DNA of 64,000 nucleotides, from positions 13,459 through 77,458 of the forward strand of contig UQXK01000001.1 of the NCBI GenBank assembly GCA_900544985.1, read 5' to 3'. Below the pieces are notes generated by a model, which saw only the letters and a list, made by a program, of their open reading frames with translations, was not told where the DNA came from and searched no databases. Of the stretch, positions 17,683-25,076 are shown in pieces (the first letter of the stretch is position 1; every line of letters starts with the position of its first letter). This stretch comes from an uncultured Eubacteriales bacterium. GTDB taxonomy: Bacteria; Bacillota; Clostridia; Oscillospirales; CAG-272. Position numbers and translations under genes: made by a program.

Positions 17683-18320
17683 ATTTTTTCACCGCATTTC
17701 GGACAGACAACAAAACTTCTGCCGGAATTTTCCTCTCTGCGGTTGTTGTCAACATTACTATCGGCAATATACTGCGATGCTTGCGGTGTGTACTGTTGTT
17801 CGTAAATAGCTTGCTGTGTATGATTGTTAGGCGCTTCGTATTTCATGCTTGCGTTTCTAATATTTTCAGCTTCTTCCTCATCTATCTTGCCATATTCCGA
17901 AAGTACTTCGGTCATATCGCTGTTATCCATGAGAAGAGATTTAAGAAAATCGTCGTCATAACCAGGTATATCCAAGTCTTCGCTTAATTCTGCTAAAATT
18001 TCATCAAATGCTGATATATTGTCAACGCCAAGATTAAAGATTCGATTGTCAGCGATCATAAGTTTTTTCTTATCATTTTCGCTTAAATCTGTTATCTTGT
18101 TGCAAAACGCCTCGGTCCATCCCAAAGCCATCATTGCCATATACATACCATTACCGGTAAGGATGACATTGTTTTCATCTATGGTTAAAGGTTTTACCTG
18201 TTTGAATTTTTGTAAAGAACGCTTATATTCTTTGATTTGCGCTTCGGGGTGTGTGCGAACGTTCTTTTCTGATGGTTTTAGGTCTGCAAGTTTGAATTTT
18301 TCAATTTTCAATTTCGTCAC
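17673..18320 (-). CDS. ParB-N nuclease-like domain protein with C-terminal zinc ribbon
   Basis: 215 aa. FKLADLKPSEKNVRTHPEAQIKEYKRSLQKFKQVKPLTIDENNVILTGNGMYMA is a ParB-N signature. It has an acidic linker and ends in VVCPKCGEKIWL. Confidence 0.75.
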   Translation of the reverse strand: MTKLKIEKFKLADLKPSEKNVRTHPEAQIKEYKRSLQKFKQVKPLTIDENNVILTGNGMYMAMMALGWTEAFCNKITDLSENDKKKLMIADNRIFNLGVDNISAFDEILAELSEDLDIPGYDDDFLKSLLMDNSDMTEVLSEYGKIDEEEAENIRNASMKYEAPNNHTQQAIYEQQYTPQASQYIADSNVDNNRREENSGRSFVVCPKCGEKIWL

Positions 18321-19102
18321 CTCCTTTCTTCAAGGAAGCGGCGAGCGCTTTCTATTTTTATCGCGGCATTCTCAACGATAGACGGGTCAATATTATAGAC
18401 TTCGCTCCATCCGTTTTCTATACTTCCACACCATTGCCTTGCAGGCCACGGGTGCGTGCCGCATAAATATCCGTTCTTCCAATCATAAATAGGGGGAACA
18501 GGAATATTGTTGTAGTGAATATATGCAAGGATATGCTCGTGTTTCCAATCAGCAAGAGGGCTATATCGTAGAACACCCTTGCCGTCTGTATACTCATTAC
18601 CTTTCCCGGTGTAATTTCCGTCTGCGTGTCTACGACCAAGAATTAAAACATCAAGATTTTGTTTCTTATAGTAAATGCGCTGTGCGGTATGCTGTACTAT
18701 TGAAAACCACCTGGCAGCTTTGACGCTGTTTTTGGGAAATAGCATATCGAGATGACGGGAGAGCCAGTCAAGCCCAAGCTCAATGCGAACAATCTCGCAT
18801 TCTTTCGGCTTATTTAGTTCAATCCACGTCATAAACGCGGGATATTCGAAATCGCATACCCCGATCATACTTTGATGAATCCCTGCAATTTCGCAAAGTT
18901 TTCCAAGGACTATGCTGTCCTTGCCACCGCTCCAAGCGTACGCGGCGTTTTTGTCTTTAACAAAATTGGTTATTTGCGAAATTGTTTCAACAGCCAACTC
19001 ATCTATTTCGGATTTGCTGACAGTTTCCTCTATATGTTTGATTGCTTCGAGCCAGTCATCGTTTTTGATAGACTGTTTTCTTCCAAGCGGTTTTATTGGC
19101 AT
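18317..19102 (-). CDS. PAPS-reductase-family PP-loop protein (second paralog)
   Basis: 261 aa with the PP-loop AYAWSGGKDSIVLGKLCE. Its ATG lies inside the last codons of the transporter gene (10-nt overlap), with AAGGAGG 7 nt upstream. Confidence 0.8.
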   Translation of the reverse strand: MPIKPLGRKQSIKNDDWLEAIKHIEETVSKSEIDELAVETISQITNFVKDKNAAYAWSGGKDSIVLGKLCEIAGIHQSMIGVCDFEYPAFMTWIELNKPKECEIVRIELGLDWLSRHLDMLFPKNSVKAARWFSIVQHTAQRIYYKKQNLDVLILGRRHADGNYTGKGNEYTDGKGVLRYSPLADWKHEHILAYIHYNNIPVPPIYDWKNGYLCGTHPWPARQWCGSIENGWSEVYNIDPSIVENAAIKIESARRFLEERR

Positions 19103-20469
19103 TTCATCGCCTCCTTTTTAGAGACAATGAGTGCTACAATCCCGCTGATAAATACAGTTGCGAGACTTCCAATCGTTTTGTAAAGGGCAATTCCTAAAAT
19201 GTTGCCATATGCAAAAATCGGTAATCCGATAATTGCAGATGCCAAAATTCCGTAAAAAACACCGTTTGCCGATATTCTTTTCCCGAGAAGCGTCATAACG
19301 GTAGGGAGTAATGTTGTTGCTCTGATTGTGCAATAAAACAGAAACAGATGCGTAACCGTAAGACCTGGAATATTCGCTATGCCGATGCCGAACAATAACA
19401 AAATTAGCATACTTCCTTTTGCGACTTTGATGTTTCCTCCAAAATCACTTGTAAGAGAAGCTACTGCGCAAAGATTACTGTCAACAGTAGAAAGAAGTCC
19501 CGAAATAACCATGAACAGAAAGGGAAGCATCACCCATTTTGGAAACAGATTTGTAATCAATTCAAAATTAACCATTCCCGTGTCTGTTGCAACATATCCG
19601 GAACCTGCGGCAATGTAGCCGAGAATTCCCATAGAGAGCGGGGCGATAGCAAACATCAACGCGCCGAGCACAAATGCTTTTCCTATTTTATTTTTTTTGA
19701 TAGAGAAAGCACGTTGCCAAAAACATTGATCTCCAAAAGGACCTGCAATCAATCCAATGGCTGTTGGAATACCGAATGACAACAGAACGGAAATGCCGTT
19801 CCCGTCAAAAAGACTCTTAAATTCTCCACTAATACCGCCCAATCCGTTTATAAGATTTGAAACACCGCCATCTACCGATAATGCCCACGGTACGAATACC
19901 GCGCAGGCGGCAAGCATGAGAATCATTTGAAGCGCGTCCGTTATAACAGAGGCTTTTATCCCCGAAAATTGAGAGTAGGAAAAGGCAATGACCGCGAGAA
20001 TTATTGTCATTACCCAAAATGGAATGCCTGTAATTGATGAAAGAATCTTACCGCCAGCGAGCAGTTGTACGCCCGTCGATAAGATCGAGAGTAGGGAAAG
20101 CTGACCGAGATATGCGTATCTTACTTTTTCGGATTTGTATTGAGTTGCCATAAAGTTCGAAAGTGTAATGCCCTCGGGCATTCGCTCCCTTATCCTTTTG
20201 GCAAAAGGCACGAATAGGATTAGACACGCCACGTTCGGTATAAGGAACCAAAACAGTCCCGGAATACCGTTTGAATATGCCTTTTCCGCCGATGTGAATA
20301 GTGCCGGTGCCCAAATCCAAGTAGCCGCAATGCTCATAGCCGCCTGCCACATTCCAAGTTTTCTGTTAGCTACGTGAAAGTTATCGGCGTCTTTACTTTT
20401 TCGCGAAAATAAAAAAGTTGCGCCGAGCATTATCGCCGTATATACGACGAGTACAATGATACCATACAT
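19093..20469 (-). CDS. Sodium:solute symporter (SSF) family transporter
   Basis: 458 aa with a polytopic membrane profile throughout. The N-terminus LGATFLFSRKSKDADNFHVANRKLGMWQAAMSIAATWIWAPALF is typical of SSF transporters. AAAGGAGGAG lies 6 nt before the ATG. Confidence 0.85.
   Translation of the reverse strand: MYGIIVLVVYTAIMLGATFLFSRKSKDADNFHVANRKLGMWQAAMSIAATWIWAPALFTSAEKAYSNGIPGLFWFLIPNVACLILFVPFAKRIRERMPEGITLSNFMATQYKSEKVRYAYLGQLSLLSILSTGVQLLAGGKILSSITGIPFWVMTIILAVIAFSYSQFSGIKASVITDALQMILMLAACAVFVPWALSVDGGVSNLINGLGGISGEFKSLFDGNGISVLLSFGIPTAIGLIAGPFGDQCFWQRAFSIKKNKIGKAFVLGALMFAIAPLSMGILGYIAAGSGYVATDTGMVNFELITNLFPKWVMLPFLFMVISGLLSTVDSNLCAVASLTSDFGGNIKVAKGSMLILLLFGIGIANIPGLTVTHLFLFYCTIRATTLLPTVMTLLGKRISANGVFYGILASAIIGLPIFAYGNILGIALYKTIGSLATVFISGIVALIVSKKEAMKCQ
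20313..20333. repeat. 21-nt exact direct repeat, copy inside the transporter CDS
   Basis: AAATCCAAGTAGCCGCAATGC on the plus strand. The same 21-mer occurs at 20525-20545. Confidence 0.95.
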
Positions 20470-20524
20470 GGTATCTCCTCCTTTTATTGTGATTTGTTAG
20501 CTTTCTGTTGGCGTACAGATGGCT

Positions 20525-20545
20525 AAATCCAAGTAGCCGCAATGC
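20525..20545. repeat. 21-nt exact direct repeat, copy in the transporter 5' leader
   Basis: AAATCCAAGTAGCCGCAATGC, identical to 20313-20333. In the mRNA sense its 5' end forms the 3' arm of a leader hairpin GUCGCAAUG-N10-CAUUGCGGC. Confidence 0.95.
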
Positions 20546-20581
20546 AAGGAGCAACATTGCGACAAATACCTCCTCCCGCGC

Positions 20582-20612
20582 ATAAAAATACCGCCCGGCT
20601 ATTGCCGGACGG
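20582..20612 (-). terminator. Intrinsic terminator between the late-regulator gene and the transporter operon
   Basis: The minus strand reads CCGTCCGGC-aata-GCCGGGCGG followed by TATTTTTAT. This is a 9-bp stem with one G-U pair. Confidence 0.6.
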
Positions 20613-20673
20613 TTGCTTGATAGAATTTTACGATAGTATTATAACACATACAGTCGGGACATTTGGGACAACT

Positions 20674-21084
20674 TTATTTTTTACCTTTTTCTGAACGATT
20701 CAAAAAACGATAGCACGCTTTTTTTACACTGTCATCGGTATTTCCGCCTCCGATAGACAACGCAATTTGATTCCATGTCATTAAATCTATAAATCTGTAT
20801 GACAATATCAATCGCATTTGATAGTCATCCACTGAGCTTATGTAAGCGTCAATATTTTTGCGTTCTGATATGTATTTTATCTGCTCGTTCTTGATTCTAT
20901 CTTTGAGTTCTACAATTAAAGGAACAAGTTCTTCAATTATATTCTTTGACGAAGACCCGCGAGGCATGCCACTGATATTCATTCCACCTGGTTCTAATTT
21001 TGATTCAAGATCCGCCAGCCTTAAACTATCTCTTTCTATCAGCTTGTTTAAATAATACAGTTTACTGAGTTCGCGTAATGTCAT
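20674..21084 (-). CDS. Phage late-gene transcriptional regulator (sigma-70 region-4-like; DUF1492/ArpU/RinA-type)
   Basis: MTLRELSKLYYLNKLIERD...DYQMRLILSYRFIDLMTWNQIALSIGGGNTDDSVKKACYRFL is a pattern typical of small Firmicutes phage activators. Likely start is the ATG at 21084. Confidence 0.6.
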   Translation of the reverse strand: MTLRELSKLYYLNKLIERDSLRLADLESKLEPGGMNISGMPRGSSSKNIIEELVPLIVELKDRIKNEQIKYISERKNIDAYISSVDDYQMRLILSYRFIDLMTWNQIALSIGGGNTDDSVKKACYRFLNRSEKGKK

Positions 21085-21493
21085 TATTTTCCTCCTCATC
21101 TATATAGTTTCGACCAAATATGCAATGGAAGTCTGCAATGGTCAAGTTGTATTTTTTCATAGCTATTTTTTGTGTCTCTTTTTGCAGCTCTCTGCATATT
21201 TCAGCATTTTTATGTACGGCATTATCTCCGAAAATATGGCAACTGAAATGGTGAAGATATACCGTCAGACCATATTTTTCGGATTTCTGCCTGTATGGAC
21301 CGAAGAATATATGGTGCTTGTCCAAAGGATCTGTTCCTGTTCCGTATCTGCCGCAGATATAACATCTGCGGCTGTCTTTTTGAATAATACTTTTAGCCAT
21401 TAAAATCTCCAAAATTTTATTATTTATTTGTATTTTGTGTGGATAGATTTTTTTTGCACTCTCAAAATCAACTCGATTAAATCTCTTTTTCAT
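21062..21493 (-). CDS. Cys/His-rich phage protein (HNH-like/zinc-binding), function unknown
   Basis: Contains RRCYICGRYGTGTDPLDKHHIFFGPYRQKSEKYGLTVYLHHFSCHIFGDNAVHKN. The start was trimmed to the ATG at 21493 because the upstream part overlaps a better small gene. Confidence 0.45.
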   Translation of the reverse strand: MKKRFNRVDFESAKKIYPHKIQINNKILEILMAKSIIQKDSRRCYICGRYGTGTDPLDKHHIFFGPYRQKSEKYGLTVYLHHFSCHIFGDNAVHKNAEICRELQKETQKIAMKKYNLTIADFHCIFGRNYIDEEENNDITRTQ

Positions 21494-21653
21494 ACCGCGG
21501 AGTATATTTTTGGCAGTCTCTCGGCTCCCCTCCGCGCATTTTTCCCGTATCGAGTAAATAATGACATACATTTATGCCGAATTTGTCGCTCTTTCCTGCA
21601 TGGCGAAGTTTGCGCCAATAGCGACATCCTCGGCATGTTCCCGGTCGTTTCAT
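21477..21653 (-). CDS. Small Cys-rich phage protein (58 aa)
   Basis: MKRPGTCRGCRYWRKLRHAGKSDKFGINVCHYLLDTGKMRGGEPRDCQKYTPRYEKEI. The CxxCxYW..C.Y.LDTGK.RG..P..C..Y pattern recurs in Firmicutes prophages. It starts 8 nt after the MTase stop. Confidence 0.45.
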   Translation of the reverse strand: MKRPGTCRGCRYWRKLRHAGKSDKFGINVCHYLLDTGKMRGGEPRDCQKYTPRYEKEI

Positions 21654-21661
21654 TTTTATTG

Positions 21662-22729
21662 TCAACCTCCTATCTTCCAATCGTCTTTTCGTACCGAAAA
21701 CGCATCTCCGCACTGTATAATGTCGGGGGAATTGCTATTCGCAATTTTTATCGCAAACTTGTCGATTTCGTAAGCAAAATACTTAACATTTGTAAATCCC
21801 ATTTTGTCAAGGCAATAACGACCTGTGCCGATACCATCGTACATGGAAAGACATAGTATATCTTCGTCCCTCGGCACATTCTTAAATGCACCGTTCAGAA
21901 TATGTATGATAACCTCAGCAGTCCAGCCGTTGCCAAGTCCCTTATATCTTTGCATGTTGCTGACCGATGCCGTATATCCATCTGGCAATGTTTGCAGACG
22001 TTCACATTCAACTGGGGTCAGCTTTCTGATAATATAACATCCGTCGGGCAGATTGATAGAATATACACGCCCTTTCACCTCGATCAATCCGTTTTTGACC
22101 TCATAAACCCTTTTAATGCTTTCTTTGTCTTTCCCCGATCCTGTAAACGGCGTTGGATGTTCGTCTGTCTTTATAGCAACACCACTTGCGCCATATGTCG
22201 AATCATAACAACAAATATTCTGAACACTTGTGAAACTGTATTGCGCTTTCAATGTTTGCGATTTTCCATCGGATGTTGTGTTGATCGGAACATATACAAG
22301 TGTTCTGACATGCTTCGATAAGTTATGTTCTAATGTACTTCCTTTTTGTTCAGTAGCAGTCAAACAGTAAGACTTTGATTGACAGCATACACCGCTTTCA
22401 AGAATATCCGCAAGAAGTATTCCACGATCATGCGGTTGATCGACTTTCCAATTAAAGGCATAGAATCGTTGTCGGTTTTGAGCGGATACAAGCGCGGAAT
22501 TTATGTACATCAAATCAGCGCCAAGTTCTTTTGATATTTCATCTTTTATCGGTTGGGCAGCGCTCTTGTTGTTTTCATACAAGAAGAAGTCAGGTTTGAA
22601 TTTTTCTTTTGCAATTACATAATTGCGAAAAAGCTCCCAACCTATACCGCTCGGCTCCGTTTCACGGTTGTTCTTTTGTGCTATACTCCATTTTGTACAT
22701 GGCGAGCCGCCAATCAAAAGTTTTATCAT
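21662..22729 (-). CDS. DNA (cytosine-5) methyltransferase, circularly permuted motif order (IV-X then I-III)
   Basis: Starts MIKLLIGGSPCTKWS (motif IV). FFLYENNKSA is motif VI, INSALVSAQNRQRFY is motif VIII, LQTLPDGYT is in the TRD/IX region, and GLGNGWTAEVIIHIL is motif X. Only after these come ILCLSMYDGIGTGRYCL (motif I), FAYEIDKFAIKIA (motif II) and QCGDA (motif III), and then the stop. ATGA overlap with the upstream ASCH gene at 22726-22729. Confidence 0.8.
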   Translation of the reverse strand: MIKLLIGGSPCTKWSIAQKNNRETEPSGIGWELFRNYVIAKEKFKPDFFLYENNKSAAQPIKDEISKELGADLMYINSALVSAQNRQRFYAFNWKVDQPHDRGILLADILESGVCCQSKSYCLTATEQKGSTLEHNLSKHVRTLVYVPINTTSDGKSQTLKAQYSFTSVQNICCYDSTYGASGVAIKTDEHPTPFTGSGKDKESIKRVYEVKNGLIEVKGRVYSINLPDGCYIIRKLTPVECERLQTLPDGYTASVSNMQRYKGLGNGWTAEVIIHILNGAFKNVPRDEDILCLSMYDGIGTGRYCLDKMGFTNVKYFAYEIDKFAIKIANSNSPDIIQCGDAFSVRKDDWKIGG

Positions 22730-23385
22730 CTCAACTCCTCTACATAACACCAGCTTTGAGGCGGACGGGTAAGTGTTTTTCTTTTGTTGGCTCCGCACCT
22801 TGTATATCCATTTATTGGATCATCATCAAAACAAAGATAACGGCAGTTTTTGCATGTTTTGTCCGTTGCATAGCCCGTTCCTTTGCAGAATGTTGCAAAA
22901 TCCGAAAGTTCTCGCGGTTTATCATAGATTACAATGTCAGATATGTGCCAGCCGTAAATTGTTTTACCTTTTGCATAAATGTTAATATCTTCTCGTTCGA
23001 GCTGAGTTTCCAAAAGGCTGTCATCATCTATATCTGTTCCGTCACAGTAGTCGTATGGATATTCGATAATATTGTCACACACAAACTCGCCGATTACTTT
23101 GCCCTCTGCGAGATAAGCATTGTACCGATATGCAGGCAAGTGGGGGTTTACATCAACGACATCTTTTCCGCTTCGCCAGTTACCAGTAACACCAAACTCT
23201 TTTCGCCCATATCCGCTATTGACATAAAGGTGTAGAGCGTTTTTGCGATTATCATGTGTGCAGTAAATATAACACTTAAACGGCGTCTCTATCTTCGGTC
23301 TTGTTTTTCTGACTTCAATTGTCTTTTTGACCGAAGCTATCAGTTCGCACCATTTCGGTTGTATGCTTGTCAGTACAGAGTTCAT
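22726..23385 (-). CDS. ASCH (PUA-like) domain protein
   Basis: MNSVLTSIQPKWCELIASVKKTIEVRKTRPK and the C-terminal LTRPPQSWCYV are characteristic of phage ASCH proteins. ATGA overlap at 23382-23385. Confidence 0.75.
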   Translation of the reverse strand: MNSVLTSIQPKWCELIASVKKTIEVRKTRPKIETPFKCYIYCTHDNRKNALHLYVNSGYGRKEFGVTGNWRSGKDVVDVNPHLPAYRYNAYLAEGKVIGEFVCDNIIEYPYDYCDGTDIDDDSLLETQLEREDINIYAKGKTIYGWHISDIVIYDKPRELSDFATFCKGTGYATDKTCKNCRYLCFDDDPINGYTRCGANKRKTLTRPPQSWCYVEELR

Positions 23386-23630
23386 TTCAAATACCCACAT
23401 TTCTTCATTTCTTGGCATCTTATCTGCACATCATTCCAGTCTTTTAAGGCGAGATACGCAGATTTGAATTGCTCCATACCGCCTCTACCGCAGACAGGGC
23501 AATACGCTTCAAAATAAGTGTTAGGCTTTCCTCCGCATACTTTAAGTTGCGGCATTCCGTAATACACGCTGTCGCCGCTGTTCGGCTCATGGTCGCAACA
23601 CACACAAGGTAGAATTTTATCAACTTTCAT
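23382..23630 (-). CDS. Lar-like restriction-alleviation family protein (putative)
   Basis: 82 aa with the pattern CVCCDHEP....YCPVCGRGG....AYLALKDWNDV (two Cys pairs followed by WN). ATGA overlap with the YopX gene. Confidence 0.5.
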   Translation of the reverse strand: MKVDKILPCVCCDHEPNSGDSVYYGMPQLKVCGGKPNTYFEAYCPVCGRGGMEQFKSAYLALKDWNDVQIRCQEMKKCGYLK

Positions 23631-24136
23631 TTGCAACAATCTCCTTTCAGCAATTCGGGGGTGTCGTAAATATTGCCGATGACTTCTGCCACTTCAAGAG
23701 GTTCATCATCTTGATGATAATTCCACCACAATTCCCAAATAGAGATGAAATTATCATTAAAGCAGAAATAAGCGTTGTTCTGGAACGGTATTTTGCTATC
23801 AAGTAAATCGTAATCTATCTGCTGCGTTGTTGCGATTCCAAACGCTCCGCACTCTTGAACGATTTTTCCACGCATATCGAAAAGCTCTACTATATCCCCC
23901 TCGAAAATCTTCTTACCGTTCTTGTCGGTCAAGCCTGTGTACTGACTGATTGTTTTATAATCAATTTCTATACTCTTGATGCCATTTGTGTTAGTCATTT
24001 CAGTAGGTAAATTTTCAAAGCGTTCATCGTATAACCGTGTTACTAATCCGTACACCCAATCGCCATTTTTATAGTTTGTTATGTAAAATCCCTTGTCGCG
24101 ATTTATTGCTTTTCCTCTGAACAAAATTTCTCTCAT
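23627..24136 (-). CDS. YopX family protein
   Basis: MREILFRGKAI...DKNGKKIFEGDIVE...VIGNIYDTPELLK is the YopX signature. ATGA overlap with the upstream gene. Confidence 0.8.
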   Translation of the reverse strand: MREILFRGKAINRDKGFYITNYKNGDWVYGLVTRLYDERFENLPTEMTNTNGIKSIEIDYKTISQYTGLTDKNGKKIFEGDIVELFDMRGKIVQECGAFGIATTQQIDYDLLDSKIPFQNNAYFCFNDNFISIWELWWNYHQDDEPLEVAEVIGNIYDTPELLKGDCCK

Positions 24137-25076
24137 TGTTTCTCCTCCATTAACATCTTCCACCTGAATTTTCGATTTGTTGGCACTTTACTCTCATCTT
24201 CGGCTCGAAAGCGGATGTCAAAGTCATGAACAGTATGCCCGTCCGGATGAAATGTCACGGGACTGTCATTGTCCCACTTTAAGAGCAAAGCCCACAACTC
24301 GGGATAGTTTCTGCGGAGTAGTCGGAGCCGGTCGATTCCTTGATTATGACAAAACCAACACCCGCCACGGGCTGATGTGGTGTAAATCGGGCTGAGAAGG
24401 TTATTCTCTTCGCACCATTTGCGACAATACGCTTCATCCCAACCGATCATCACAAGAGGGAGCATTTTGCCGGGAACAGAATGTCGTTTGATTCGTTCCG
24501 GCTCATCTGCGGCGATACCGAGATATTGAACAGTATTTATCTTTGCCCCCTGTTCAATGGGGCAAGAGGAAAACTCTCTTTTTGAGTTGTGTGTTGCACC
24601 AAATGCCGCGAATGATTGGAAATCCGTATATATTGGTCGAGGGCACTCGCTTTGAGCCTGCTTTGGCAGAACGGCATTGTCCTTCTCGGAAAACCGTATC
24701 GAATCCAATATCGCTCTCTGTTTGAGTTTTGAGTTGCAATGTGGGTGCCACATTGTTGGGAATCCTTCGATTGCTCTCTCTCTCTCCGTTTGGGCACATG
24801 GTAAAAAATTTTTTCGTATGTAAGTTTTTCGCCGTTTTTCATGGCACAAATATGTTCAACCTCAACACCATATCTCTCCTTGATGATCTTGTCGGCTTTC
24901 TTTTTGAACTCTACCATGGGCGGTAAATCTGCCGGAATACTATCGGTCGCCCACACCTCGGCGTGTACGATACGGTCGAGAGGCAGTCCGAGAAGCCGGA
25001 TAGCTTCAAGGCAAGCGAGGCTATCTTTGCCGTATGATAAAGATAGTACATATTGTGTGTTTGAATCACTTGTCAT
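24133..25076 (-). pseudogene. PAPS-reductase-family PP-loop protein (third paralog), split by a frameshift inside a (GA)6 tract
   Basis: The N-terminal part is ORF 24537..25076, with the PP-loop LSLSYGKDSLACLEAI up to ..YHVPKRRER. The C-terminal part is ORF 24133..24849, in the -1 frame, from ..RERAIEGFPTMWHPHCNSKLK to the end. The two frames meet at GGAGAGAGAGAGAGC. Removing one GA unit joins them into one ~313-aa protein. Confidence 0.75.
24774..24786. repeat. Dinucleotide tract (CT)6C on the plus strand, (GA)6G in the gene sense
   Basis: Plus strand 24773-24788 reads gCTCTCTCTCTCTCcg. It sits exactly at the frame change of the PAPS-reductase gene. Confidence 0.95.

Noticed and set aside
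20630-20655. Similarity of TATAATACTATCGnnAAnTTCTA at 20630-20655 (minus strand) and 42211-42236 (plus strand) as possible att or recombination sites
   Set aside because: The shared part is mostly a -10 box plus about 15 nt with mismatches. The orientation and location (inside the prophage versus at the junction) do not fit attL/attR. Most likely these are similar promoter/TSS contexts.
24133-25076. Treating 24537..25076 and 24133..24849 as two independent overlapping genes
   Set aside because: The first ORF loses family similarity right after the (GA)6 tract, and the second gains it there. Neither has a sensible end or start otherwise. They are one PP-loop gene in two frames.
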